Of a DNA stretch of 64,000 bases, positions 16,316-26,215 are shown piece by piece; positions within the stretch are counted from its first letter, which is position 1, and every line of letters starts with the position of its first letter. Source of the stretch: an uncultured Actinomycetes bacterium. GTDB lineage: Bacteria; SZUA-79; Acidulodesulfobacterales; Acidulodesulfobacteraceae. The notes under the pieces are model-generated. The model saw nothing but the letters and a program-made list of their open reading frames with translations. It did no database searches and was not told the origin of the DNA. The stretch is taken from positions 118,506 through 182,505 of the forward strand of contig CAZVZU010000003.1 of the NCBI GenBank assembly GCA_964631685.1, in the 5' to 3' direction. Position numbers and translations under genes: made by a program.

Positions 16316-16909
16316 ATGAACGAATTTAACGGATCCGATTATCAATCTCTATTTAAAAACAACGAGAATGATTCTTTTAATAAAAAAATAGATCAAAAGC
16401 GGGGTACATTAAATCTGCTTGTAGTTATGGCGCTTGCAATGCTCATAATTATCACATGGTTTTCTATATATCTGTGCTATTTGTCGTATATAAATTCAAC
16501 AAAAAAAAGTGGTTATATTTCAAAAGGGTTAAGCCTAAACTTAAAAAAGGATACTTTGAGATATAACAAGATTAAAACAAATCTTGCGTTTTTTAAAACT
16601 ACAGATGAAAATCAAGTAAACATTTCAAATTTGTTTTATCTTTTATCATTGCACAGATTAAGCTCTACCTATGTCAGTTTTATAAAGGCAGATAACGGGC
16701 GCATCTCTGTCGGTATAGTATCCTTAGACAAGGGATATTTTAAGTCCCTGCGTCTCATAAGAGATTATGCCTTATACTTAAATATGTACGATTCGCAAAT
16801 GCATACGGATGGCTTTAAAATAGTAACGCTGACCAACATAAAGACTAAAAACGGCAACTATATACTCGGCGTACTTGAAAGCGGTAAATATAGGAGGTTT
16901 AATCTATAA
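16316..16909 (+). CDS. Hypothetical bitopic membrane protein, weakly PilN-like layout
   Basis: One TM segment, a helical linker, then an alpha/beta domain; no diagnostic motif. Confidence 0.5.
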   Translation: MNEFNGSDYQSLFKNNENDSFNKKIDQKRGTLNLLVVMALAMLIIITWFSIYLCYLSYINSTKKSGYISKGLSLNLKKDTLRYNKIKTNLAFFKTTDENQVNISNLFYLLSLHRLSSTYVSFIKADNGRISVGIVSLDKGYFKSLRLIRDYALYLNMYDSQMHTDGFKIVTLTNIKTKNGNYILGVLESGKYRRFNL

Positions 16910-17831
16910 ACCCGCTTTCCTCTAAATCGTTTATTGCATTTTTAATTACGGACGCAGATTTCTTTAGTCCATCTGATTCTTTCTTCGTTAACGGTGGTTG
17001 AATAACCTTCTCTATCCCATTTTTTGAAAGAATAGCAGGGACCCCGGTGTATATTCCGTTAATTCCGTAATAATCTTCTAGATAGACCGAAAGTGGCATT
17101 ATTTGCCTTTTGTCCTTGGCTATAGATTCAATAATTTCAGCCATTACGACAGCGGGAGCAAATATTGTTCCGCCCTTGAGGCCGATAACCTCGGCAGCGC
17201 ACGTTCTTGAATGTTCGGCTATAGCTTCGAGTTTTTCCTTGTCATACCCTGGAATCGCACTCAGAGGTATGCTATTAATGCTTGCAAGCGAAAAAACAGG
17301 TGTCATGCTATCTCCATGTTCCCCTAAAAACATTATGTCAACATCCTTTGGGTTTAAATCAAAATATAAGCCTATTGCCGATCGGAGTCTCGTGGTATCA
17401 AGCATTGTTCCCATGCCGAAGACCCTTTTCCTTTCAAAACCGGAGATTTTATATGTTACATAGGTCATTATATCTACGGGATTGGAAACAACGAACAATA
17501 TCGCAGTTTTATTATATTTAACAATACTGTCAACGATATTTCTTAATATGTGGACATTTTTTTTATTTAAATCTAATCTTGATTCACCCGGTTTTCTAGG
17601 AATTCCGGCAGTTATGACAATAATATCAGCATCCTTCACCGAATCGTAGTCGGCGGTTTTAACCCTTGTATAGCCTGTAAGTGAAATCCCGTGAGATATA
17701 TCCAACATCTCTCCGCGCGATAAATCGTGATTAATATCTATTAATGTTACCTCTCTAATAACATCTTTCAAGGTTAAGGTATAAGCCAATGTTGCACCAA
17801 GCCTGCCTGCGCCGATTATGCTAACTTTCAT
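16899..17831 (-). CDS. mdh: Malate dehydrogenase (LDH-like MDH)
   Basis: GAGRLG Rossmann motif; TAGIPRKPGESRLDL has Arg at the specificity position; NPVD, GEHGDS. Confidence 0.85.
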   Translation of the reverse strand: MKVSIIGAGRLGATLAYTLTLKDVIREVTLIDINHDLSRGEMLDISHGISLTGYTRVKTADYDSVKDADIIVITAGIPRKPGESRLDLNKKNVHILRNIVDSIVKYNKTAILFVVSNPVDIMTYVTYKISGFERKRVFGMGTMLDTTRLRSAIGLYFDLNPKDVDIMFLGEHGDSMTPVFSLASINSIPLSAIPGYDKEKLEAIAEHSRTCAAEVIGLKGGTIFAPAVVMAEIIESIAKDKRQIMPLSVYLEDYYGINGIYTGVPAILSKNGIEKVIQPPLTKKESDGLKKSASVIKNAINDLEESGFID

Positions 17832-17923
17832 TAAAAACTGCCTCCTGAATAAGGGATTATGATTATCATTTAATTCTAATAAAGGGTAGATTATATAATA
17901 GAACTGCCTAAAAAATCAATACA

Positions 17924-19840
17924 TTATCTTTTGGATTTGCCGAATATAAGCACTTGGCTACTCAAATTTTTTATCGTCACATTGAACAAATGCTTCGCTT
18001 TTAAATAATTGTTTCTGCTTATCTTATAACCATTGACGCTAAAGTGTAATTTAAATGTAACCATATTGTGGTTAACGGTATAATTTGATGTAAAAGTTCC
18101 GACAGTATTTTTGATCGTCATTGCTTTTGGAATAAAGATTATCCTGTAATTTTTTGGAAATTTTAAACGCAGGATAGAATTTTCTGAAAAATTATATCCA
18201 AGTCTTAACAGATATTTTCTGTGTTTAGGTGCTGTTATTCGAGATAATGTCGTCCTTGTCCTAATTGGAAGTTTTATTACAACGATATCTCCATTTTTTT
18301 CCGCATAATTTTCGGCTGAAAATGAAATATGCTCAATATACGGCAAGGAAAGACTGTTGCCGTTTTCTATAGTATATTTTATATATTGGGCATTTGGAGC
18401 TATAGCAAGTACATGTTTTAAAATGTTACTTCTTCTTTCTCTTTTTGATGTTGATGAATATAGATATCTTTTATACATGTCGTATGCGCCCTTGAAAACA
18501 ATAGCAGTTTTAATGGATATATCCCCATTATTTTTGATGGTCGCAAATTTTTTTGTCGAGATACTATTTTTTTTGGAAGAAAATATTGGAGTTTTTACCA
18601 CTATACCTTTGTTATGAACAATTATCAGAACGTTTCTTCCCTGATCCATAGGAGGAAGGTCGCCAAAGGTGGTTACATTGGACGTTGTATCGGCAAATAT
18701 GAATTTACCGTCATTAAGTCTTACCGCTGTTATCTCATGGTCAAAGACAAACGGGGTTGGTAGTGAAATATCCATGTTCTGAATTTCCGTTGTAGGGATA
18801 AGAACAGGATAAGCCTTAACGCCTATTCTACCTAGCATAGATGCAAATAGCGTAGCGTGATCCTTGCAGTCGCCTAATCTATTTTTAAAAATAGCATTGA
18901 CATCACTGGGCTTGTATCCTCCGATGCCAAATTCATATCCGACGTATCTGATTTTTTTTGCTGTAAAGTTATATATAGCTATAATCTTATTTAATTTAGT
19001 TTGTTTGGATTCAATTAATTTTTTTATGAATTTAATAAGTTCTGAACCGGGCTTAATCCTGTCCTTAGTGAGATTTGAATACCATCTTGCTACCTCGCTC
19101 CATGACCTTACGGACGAAACCGCAACATGGGGAATTATGCCTGATTCACTCGGTCCAAATTCTTCGGGTGTGATTTTTTTCCTGTTCTTTACAGTCCATG
19201 TAAGTATTACATCTTTGCCGTCATCGGTTATGCGCGGTTTTTCTTTAAATTTGTATTGAGCGTATAGATAATTAATGCCCTTTGGTATAATTAACTCAAA
19301 AATTGATTTCTTTAAAGGGGAAAATCCGCCAAAGTAGTCTTCCGCAAAGAAATTGTTTTTCATATACGGTTTTATCATCGTATTTTTATATTTATAATCA
19401 ATAATGGAGTGTTTAACTAGGCCCGGAAGTTGAATTGTTTTTAGCAATTGATTTGAAAAAATTGGCGCTCCGGGGTTAAAGGGCGCCGTAACGGTTTTAA
19501 GCCGCTTTAAATTTATATTTATAATATTGCCGTTTGGGTCTGTAATCTTTATAAAGTAAACCTTAAGTTTTTGATTTTTTTTAGAAAAAGGAAAACTTAA
19601 GGTTGAATATTTTTCAATACCCTTTTTGTTTAGTATTTTTATTATTTCGTGTTCAGTGGTGATATTTTTAAAATTTTTCGTGATTCTTTCTTTTGTAAAA
19701 TCCAGTATAGTCCGCGATGAAGCCATGGATTTAATGCCGGAATGGGCGAAAGAATAGTTAATACCCGCAAAATTAATAAGTATCAATAAAAAAAAAGAGA
19801 GTAATAATAATAGTCTCTTTTTTGGCATAAAATCTCCCAT
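17924..19840 (-). CDS. Exported DUF3857 / transglutaminase-like domain protein
   Basis: Signal peptide; IRYVG, GDCKDHATL (Cys), FDHEI (His) and FADTT (Asp) triad motifs. Confidence 0.85.
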   Translation of the reverse strand: MGDFMPKKRLLLLLSFFLLILINFAGINYSFAHSGIKSMASSRTILDFTKERITKNFKNITTEHEIIKILNKKGIEKYSTLSFPFSKKNQKLKVYFIKITDPNGNIININLKRLKTVTAPFNPGAPIFSNQLLKTIQLPGLVKHSIIDYKYKNTMIKPYMKNNFFAEDYFGGFSPLKKSIFELIIPKGINYLYAQYKFKEKPRITDDGKDVILTWTVKNRKKITPEEFGPSESGIIPHVAVSSVRSWSEVARWYSNLTKDRIKPGSELIKFIKKLIESKQTKLNKIIAIYNFTAKKIRYVGYEFGIGGYKPSDVNAIFKNRLGDCKDHATLFASMLGRIGVKAYPVLIPTTEIQNMDISLPTPFVFDHEITAVRLNDGKFIFADTTSNVTTFGDLPPMDQGRNVLIIVHNKGIVVKTPIFSSKKNSISTKKFATIKNNGDISIKTAIVFKGAYDMYKRYLYSSTSKRERRSNILKHVLAIAPNAQYIKYTIENGNSLSLPYIEHISFSAENYAEKNGDIVVIKLPIRTRTTLSRITAPKHRKYLLRLGYNFSENSILRLKFPKNYRIIFIPKAMTIKNTVGTFTSNYTVNHNMVTFKLHFSVNGYKISRNNYLKAKHLFNVTIKNLSSQVLIFGKSKR

Positions 19841-19903
19841 TGTTCCTTAGTATTTTTTGTTTAGTTTTGTAACCTTGCGTTGTTTAATCCGCTTAATTCA
19901 TAA

Positions 19904-19990
19904 TGGTGCCGGAAGGGGGAATCGAACCCCCACAAGATTAACCTTACACGGCCCTGAACCGTGCGCGTCTACCAGTTCCGCCATCCCGGC
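19904..19990 (-). tRNA. tRNA-Leu(CAG)
   Basis: 87 nt; anticodon arm CACGG-TTCAGGG-CCGTG, long variable arm, encoded CCA. Confidence 0.97.
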
Positions 19991-20127
19991 TATAAGTAAA
20001 AAATTAAGTAAATCTTTTTTAATGAAAAAATAATCGCTTGGTGTTATTATAAATAATACATATTTGTTTCTAATTTTTAGACTGTCCTATTCTATCACAA
20101 TTTAATGTAAGAAATATAAAAAAATAC

Positions 20128-22446
20128 ATGCGCATTATTAAGAAGGAAGATATAGTTTATTTGTTTTCTCAAAAAACAGGTGTTCCGCTGTCCTTTGCCG
20201 ATATTAGGCATAGTTTGGACATCACATCAGTTACGGCAGTGTCGTCTGTAAAGGATATTCTTGGCTCAATGATACAAGATGGCGGGTTAATACTTACAAG
20301 GGGGGGGAAGTATGCCTACTCTCAAAAATTACACTTGATTCAGGGAAAAATTCTTATAAAAAGGCGCAACTACGCTTTTGCAAGCGACAATTCGGGTGGT
20401 GGAGATATTTTTGTAAAAGATTCCGATATAGGCTACGCTATGCCGGGGGATACGGTTATGCTAAAGATTGTACCAGATAATCCCCACTATCTAAAGAAAA
20501 GGAATAGGGAAAAATTAAAGCCGGCGGGCAAATCAAAGACAGTACGATCAAAGGATAGGAGAGGCAGGGTTATAAGGATAGTCAAGAGGGAATTGAAAAG
20601 TTTTAAGGCTATTGTAAAGGTCGAAAAAAATATAGCGGTTTTAAGGCCTATCGCTCCGGAATTTGATGATCTGTTTTATTGTGATTTACACGGATTCAAC
20701 TACAGAGATAAACTAAAAAATGGGATTATAGTGAATGCCGTCCTGCCAGATGGCAATGATTTTTCGTCACGGATAGCCTTGATAAATAAGGTATTAGGCA
20801 ATATTGAAATGGCAGGTACGGAGGAAGATATCATCGTAAGCAAATATGATATACATAAATCTTTTAGCAAGGCTGCTGCTAAGGAAATAGATGAAATTCC
20901 TGCCGATTTAGAAGAATGCGTCGGTGTAGATAATAGTGACTGTAGTGCGAGGGTGGATTTGACTAAATTGCCGTTCATAACGATAGATGGTGAAGATGCC
21001 AAAGATTTTGATGATGCGGTATATCTTGAGAAGCCAAAGGATGGTGGCAACGATAGGCTTTATGTTGCTATCGCTGATGTGTCTTATTTTGTCAAACAAG
21101 GAACCCAACTTGATGCAGAAGCGTTTAAGAGAGGAAACTCTTTCTATTTTCCAGAAAAAGTTTACCCTATGTTGCCGGAGAGGTTATCTAACGATATTTG
21201 CAGTCTCCTGCCTAAAAAAAACCGTTTTGTAATGGTTTGCGAGATGCACATTGACAGCAAAGGAAAAGTAAGGGAAACGAAGATTTATAGGGGATTGATA
21301 AGAACATTCGGAAGGCTTACCTATAGCGAAGTATATATGTACTTAACAATGCTTGAAATAAAAAAAACCGGAGCAGGGCAAGATGTAGATATACAAAATA
21401 CAAAAGAAGATGAATTTGATGACTTACATAGCAAGTTATTCGCTATACAAGAGATGTTATTGGACATGAAAAGGCTTGCCACAATCTTAAGAAGCAGAAG
21501 GGTTAAGGGCGGTAGTCTCGATTTTGATTCTATTTCAAGCAAGATTATTCTAAATGAAAATAACGAAGTCATTGATATCGTTCCTGAAGAAAGAAATTTT
21601 GCCCATAAATTAATAGAGGATTTTATGATTACTGCAAACTGCGCAGTAGCACAGTTTATAGAATCAAAAAAAATCCTCGGGATTTATAGGGTTCATGAAA
21701 AGCCGGATGAGGAGAGGGTAAAAGAATTTTTAAAGATATTAAAATATTTTAAATTTCCGTTTCAAGAAAGGGCGCTTGAAAAATCTAAAGACTATCAAAT
21801 GATGCTTGATAAATTAAAAGAAACTCCACTTTCATCTTTTTTAGAACAAGCTTTTTTAAGGTCGATGAAGATTGCGACATATTCACCCGTTAACATTCAT
21901 CATTTTGGGCTCGCATTAAGATCTTATACTCATTTTACTTCCCCAATTAGGAGATATGCCGATTTAATGGTACACAGAATCCTTAATTACATTTTGCAAA
22001 ATGGTAGCAGTAATAAAGAAGACGATAAAAGAGAGCTACCCGCATGGCTAAATTTAAATAGCCTACAAACAGTTTCTAACGCTTTATCTCGAAGAGAAAA
22101 ACTTTCAAATGATGCGGGGAGGGAGTATTCAGATTTTAAGAAAATGCAATTTTTAAAGAAAAATGATAAGAATATTTACGAAGGATTTATTACAAATGTT
22201 ATTAATTCCGGTTTTTTTGTGGATATAACCGGGTTTTTTATACAAGGCTTTATTCATGTTTCCACTATCGCTGATGACTATTATGAATACAACGATAATA
22301 CAAAAACCCTTAGGGGTAGGCGTAATAGGGTTATTTTTAAAATGGGGGATAAAATTTTAACGGATGTATATTCGATAGACCTTTTAAAACGTGAAATAGA
22401 TTTGAGATTCATTAAATTCTATAATAAGGCGCGGGTTGCGTCTTAA
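20128..22446 (+). CDS. rnr: Ribonuclease R
   Basis: TIDGEDAKDFDDA, YTHFTSPIRRYADL, N-terminal cold-shock and C-terminal S1 domains. Confidence 0.95.
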   Translation: MRIIKKEDIVYLFSQKTGVPLSFADIRHSLDITSVTAVSSVKDILGSMIQDGGLILTRGGKYAYSQKLHLIQGKILIKRRNYAFASDNSGGGDIFVKDSDIGYAMPGDTVMLKIVPDNPHYLKKRNREKLKPAGKSKTVRSKDRRGRVIRIVKRELKSFKAIVKVEKNIAVLRPIAPEFDDLFYCDLHGFNYRDKLKNGIIVNAVLPDGNDFSSRIALINKVLGNIEMAGTEEDIIVSKYDIHKSFSKAAAKEIDEIPADLEECVGVDNSDCSARVDLTKLPFITIDGEDAKDFDDAVYLEKPKDGGNDRLYVAIADVSYFVKQGTQLDAEAFKRGNSFYFPEKVYPMLPERLSNDICSLLPKKNRFVMVCEMHIDSKGKVRETKIYRGLIRTFGRLTYSEVYMYLTMLEIKKTGAGQDVDIQNTKEDEFDDLHSKLFAIQEMLLDMKRLATILRSRRVKGGSLDFDSISSKIILNENNEVIDIVPEERNFAHKLIEDFMITANCAVAQFIESKKILGIYRVHEKPDEERVKEFLKILKYFKFPFQERALEKSKDYQMMLDKLKETPLSSFLEQAFLRSMKIATYSPVNIHHFGLALRSYTHFTSPIRRYADLMVHRILNYILQNGSSNKEDDKRELPAWLNLNSLQTVSNALSRREKLSNDAGREYSDFKKMQFLKKNDKNIYEGFITNVINSGFFVDITGFFIQGFIHVSTIADDYYEYNDNTKTLRGRRNRVIFKMGDKILTDVYSIDLLKREIDLRFIKFYNKARVAS

Positions 22447-22457
22447 GCCAAGAAGAT

Positions 22458-24152
22458 ATGAAAATAATTAACTTTATTAGATTCATAAGGGCGGTCAAAA
22501 GAATTAGAAATGTGACCCTTATATTTGCAAAACACGGTTTTTATCAAATAATAACCAATATAGGTTTATCCAAGTTTTTTATTTTTAAAAAATATCTAAA
22601 GTCGGCTTATCCCGTTGATGATTTTCAAAATGTTCCGCCCGAAATGAGATTAAGATATGCACTGGAAGAACTTGGTCCTACATTTATAAAGCTAGGACAA
22701 ATACTTTCTCAAGAGGTAAGCGCGCTCCCGTTAAAATATATTATTGAATTAAAAAAGCTTCAAGACAATGTTCAGTTAAATCAAATTGAGTTTGATGAAA
22801 TTAAAAATATAGTAGAAAAGGAGCTAGGGAAGAACTTAGGCGATATATTTGACAGTTTCGATGAAAAACCGGTAGCTTCGGCTTCTATTGCCCAAGTCCA
22901 TAGGGCTGTTTTAAAAGATGGAACCATTGTGGCGGTTAAAATTAAAAAAAAGAATGTCGATAAAATCGTGGAAAACGATTTGGATGTTCTTTTTTTTATG
23001 GTTGGTATCATAAAAAACCCGATTAAAGAATTTTTATATATCAGTAACGCAGAAGAGATATATAAGGCATTTAGTAAAAGTCTTAAGACAGAACTGAATT
23101 TCTTAAAGGAAGCCGGATTCACGGAAAAAATAAGAAAAAGTAATTTAGACAAGGATTCGGTGGTTATACCAAAAATTTATTGGGATTATTCGACCGATTC
23201 TTTGCTAGTGGAAGATTTTATTGATGCCATAAAGGTGAAAAATACGGTTGAGCTGTCACGAAGAGGATATAACACTAAGAATATACTTAAAATATTTTTA
23301 AGTCATTTTTTTAAACAGATATTTATTATAGGGCGTTTCAATGCCGACCCGCATCCTGGGAACCTTTTCGTGATAAGCGAAAACAAGATAGGTGTGATAG
23401 ATTTTGGCTCTATCGGTATACTAACCGCAGATTTAAGAAGAAGTAGCTTAGAGTATTATATACACTTTTTGAAGGGCGACTATGAAGAAGCATCCGTTAA
23501 ATTTATAGAAATATGCCTTGGTAACATTTCCGAAAAAGAGGAACAAGAGTTTAAATTTGAACTCATGGAATTCATAGAAGGTTTTTTTAACAAGCCTTTT
23601 AAGGACATTTATAGTTCGGAGATTTTATTAGAAACATTAAAGATAGGCGCGATGCATAATCTTGCTATCCCTGCAGAATTATCACTCCTATTTAAAGCGT
23701 TGCTATCTATAGAATCTGTTGCGAAGACTTTAGATCCGGATTTTTCCTTTGTTTCGGGAACCGATTTTTATGGCTTGAATAATATAGACAATTGGCTGGA
23801 TAACAAGGAAAAGGCTAAAAATATTAAGGAACAAATAGTAAATGAATTTAAAAGTTATAAGAATCTCATAGAGGGTTTCCCGAAAAAGGCGGACAAGATC
23901 CTTAAGAAGATGTCAGAGGATAATTTTTCCATAGACTTTATCCACAAGGGGCTGGAAGGCCTAGTGAAAGAAATAGAAAGGTCCAGTAAGAGGCTTACCA
24001 TTGGGCTCTTAGTAGTTGCGCTCATTGTATCTTCCGCCTTGCTCATGTTTCTCGGTGGCAACTCTATGCGTTGGATGGTGTCGATTGGAATGATAGGGTG
24101 GATTGTGGGATTTTTTTATGTATTAATTTTAATATTTAGAGGTCTAAGATGA
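22458..24152 (+). CDS. ubiB: AarF/ABC1/UbiB family kinase-like protein
   Basis: LGPTFIKLGQ, ASASIAQVH, VAVK, ADPHPGN, IDFG; C-terminal TM helices. Confidence 0.9.
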   Translation: MKIINFIRFIRAVKRIRNVTLIFAKHGFYQIITNIGLSKFFIFKKYLKSAYPVDDFQNVPPEMRLRYALEELGPTFIKLGQILSQEVSALPLKYIIELKKLQDNVQLNQIEFDEIKNIVEKELGKNLGDIFDSFDEKPVASASIAQVHRAVLKDGTIVAVKIKKKNVDKIVENDLDVLFFMVGIIKNPIKEFLYISNAEEIYKAFSKSLKTELNFLKEAGFTEKIRKSNLDKDSVVIPKIYWDYSTDSLLVEDFIDAIKVKNTVELSRRGYNTKNILKIFLSHFFKQIFIIGRFNADPHPGNLFVISENKIGVIDFGSIGILTADLRRSSLEYYIHFLKGDYEEASVKFIEICLGNISEKEEQEFKFELMEFIEGFFNKPFKDIYSSEILLETLKIGAMHNLAIPAELSLLFKALLSIESVAKTLDPDFSFVSGTDFYGLNNIDNWLDNKEKAKNIKEQIVNEFKSYKNLIEGFPKKADKILKKMSEDNFSIDFIHKGLEGLVKEIERSSKRLTIGLLVVALIVSSALLMFLGGNSMRWMVSIGMIGWIVGFFYVLILIFRGLR

Positions 24153-24177
24153 TAATTGATGGAAAGAGGGGCATAAA

Positions 24178-25116
24178 TTGAAAATTTTAGAAATTAACGA
24201 GTTAGATTTTGAGTTTGCAAACTCGGTGATCACTATTGGTAGCTTTGACGGTATTCATTTGGGTCATAAAAAATTAATGGAACTGGCAAGGGATTCAGCT
24301 TTAAAATTAAAGTTGCCCTCGGTGGCTCTTACATTTCATCCGCATCCACTAAAAGTTCTTCATCCTGAAAAAAGCGTTCATTTAATAACCACATTTGAAA
24401 AAAAGATTGAGCTTGTGAGGGCGATCGGTATTGATTACTTAGTTTATATAACATTTACTCCAGAGTTTGCAAGTATGCCGCCGGAAGATTTTGTCGAAAA
24501 TGTTATAGTGAATAAATTGAATCCCGTTAAGGTTATCGTGGGGCACGATTTTAGTTTCGGTATTGGAAAATCCGGCAATATCACACTCCTTAATAAATTG
24601 GCAAGTAAACTTGGTTTTGAGCTTATAGTTGTCAGTCCTATTAAAATGGACAATAAGATAATTTCCAGTACTCTTATTAGGCGATTTGTTTTATCGGGTA
24701 GGGTTTGTTCCGTAAAAATTTTTTTAGGCAGACACTATTCTGTACATGGGAAGGTTGTTAACGGAAGCGGACGCGGGAAAACAATAGGTTTTCCGACGGC
24801 GAATATTATTCCGGAAGAGGAGCTTTTTCCTGACGACGGAGTGTATGCTACCGTTGTAAAAATAGATGCTGAGTTTTACGATTCCGTAACAAATGTTGGA
24901 TCAAATCCAACATTTAATGAGGAGACGAGGAGGATAGAGACTTATATTTTTAATTTTGATAAAGATTTATACAATAGAGAGATCGAGGTGTTCTTTGTAG
25001 CAAGACTGAGGCCGGAAATAAAATTCAATGACGCTACCCAGCTTAAAAATAGAATCAGAAAGGACATAGAACTGGCGACGGATATACTCGACAAAGAACG
25101 TGCGACCCCAATTTAG
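24178..25116 (+). CDS. ribF: Bifunctional riboflavin kinase / FAD synthetase
   Basis: FDGIHLGH, VGHDFSFG, ISSTLIR, GFPTAN, NVGSNPTF. Confidence 0.97.
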   Translation: MKILEINELDFEFANSVITIGSFDGIHLGHKKLMELARDSALKLKLPSVALTFHPHPLKVLHPEKSVHLITTFEKKIELVRAIGIDYLVYITFTPEFASMPPEDFVENVIVNKLNPVKVIVGHDFSFGIGKSGNITLLNKLASKLGFELIVVSPIKMDNKIISSTLIRRFVLSGRVCSVKIFLGRHYSVHGKVVNGSGRGKTIGFPTANIIPEEELFPDDGVYATVVKIDAEFYDSVTNVGSNPTFNEETRRIETYIFNFDKDLYNREIEVFFVARLRPEIKFNDATQLKNRIRKDIELATDILDKERATPI

Positions 25117-25120
25117 GCAA

Positions 25121-25149
25121 TTGATTTTTGTTAATAAATGTAGTAGAAT
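25121..25149 (+). promoter_or_regulatory. Sigma70-type promoter
   Basis: TTGATT-17 bp-TAGAAT, 8 nt before ATG 25158. Confidence 0.5.
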
Positions 25150-25157
25150 AGAATATT

Positions 25158-26195
25158 ATGATGACAAGATTGATGAAGACTAGAAAGTTTAAGGTTTCTT
25201 TACTTGGGCTCTTTGTTTCTCTGCTTGTCCTAGTGATAGGATTTTTTGCATCAGAGACATATAGTCTGTCTTCCGCGCTGTATTCAAAAAACGGTTCGGC
25301 TTATTCGCTTAAGCAATCCAGTATGGTTTTTTTTAGTGGTAATAATGGTCTTAATCTTGCTTACCCTAGTTTCTTCGGCAGTTCTCACCATAGTGCGTTT
25401 TATTACTTTTTTATAGTTTCCCTGATGCTATCGGTGGTGCTTATTATCGCTATGTCTGTCTATTTTTACAGACTCATAGACGGGCAAGAGAATACATTGT
25501 CTACATTGAAGTCGGTCGAAAAAAGTATAGTAGAGATGCCATCTACTATTTTACATGAAATTAAGGGCAATATTAATTCTTTATCCATAAACTCAAGGGT
25601 GTTAGGTACGCGGGTTGCTAGGGTTAAAGATTTTGAATATGAAAAGGAAGATATCGTGAGGATTAGCAGTGCCATAGAGACGGAAACGTATAGGTTGACA
25701 CAAACAATGAATAATATTCTTAAATTTACAAAGGAGTATCGATTAAATCTTGAAGAGGTCAATCTTTCTAATTTATTAAATGAGACGGTCGGAGCATTGT
25801 CGCTCAAGGCGAAAAATAAAGGTATTGATTTATCTATTTCCGTGGATAGAAACATTTTTGTTAAAATGGATAGGGATCTAATGGGGCAGGTATTTATTAA
25901 TTTAGTATCCAATGCAATGGAGTCTTATGATGGTAAAAACGGTGCCGTATTGATATATTCCTCTTTTTATCTTAAGAAGGTACTTGTTGTTATTGAGGAT
26001 ACCGGAAAGGGTATAAAAAAGGACATAATTAAAAAAATTTACGAACCCTTTTTCACTACAAAGCGTAGTGGTACGGGATTAGGACTGTCGCTGGTGAAGA
26101 AAATTTTAGATGCCCACGGATTTAAGATAAATATCGAATCGCTTGACAATAAAGGGACAAAATTGTCGGTCGTGTTTAAAGATTTAGATAATTAG
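25158..26195 (+). CDS. Sensor histidine kinase
   Basis: Two TM segments, LHEIKG H-box, QVFINLVSNA, DTGKGI, PFFTTK, GTGLGL. Confidence 0.9.
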   Translation: MMTRLMKTRKFKVSLLGLFVSLLVLVIGFFASETYSLSSALYSKNGSAYSLKQSSMVFFSGNNGLNLAYPSFFGSSHHSAFYYFFIVSLMLSVVLIIAMSVYFYRLIDGQENTLSTLKSVEKSIVEMPSTILHEIKGNINSLSINSRVLGTRVARVKDFEYEKEDIVRISSAIETETYRLTQTMNNILKFTKEYRLNLEEVNLSNLLNETVGALSLKAKNKGIDLSISVDRNIFVKMDRDLMGQVFINLVSNAMESYDGKNGAVLIYSSFYLKKVLVVIEDTGKGIKKDIIKKIYEPFFTTKRSGTGLGLSLVKKILDAHGFKINIESLDNKGTKLSVVFKDLDN

Positions 26196-26215
26196 TTCAC
26201 ATTTACCCCGATAAA

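Noticed and set aside
16899..17831. L-lactate dehydrogenase
   Set aside because: The specificity loop has Arg (PRKPG), not the Gln of LDH, favouring MDH.
16048..19990. The two tRNA-Leu genes as attL/attR of an integrated element
   Set aside because: Both are complete, with different anticodon and variable arms; the cargo includes housekeeping mdh and no integrase.
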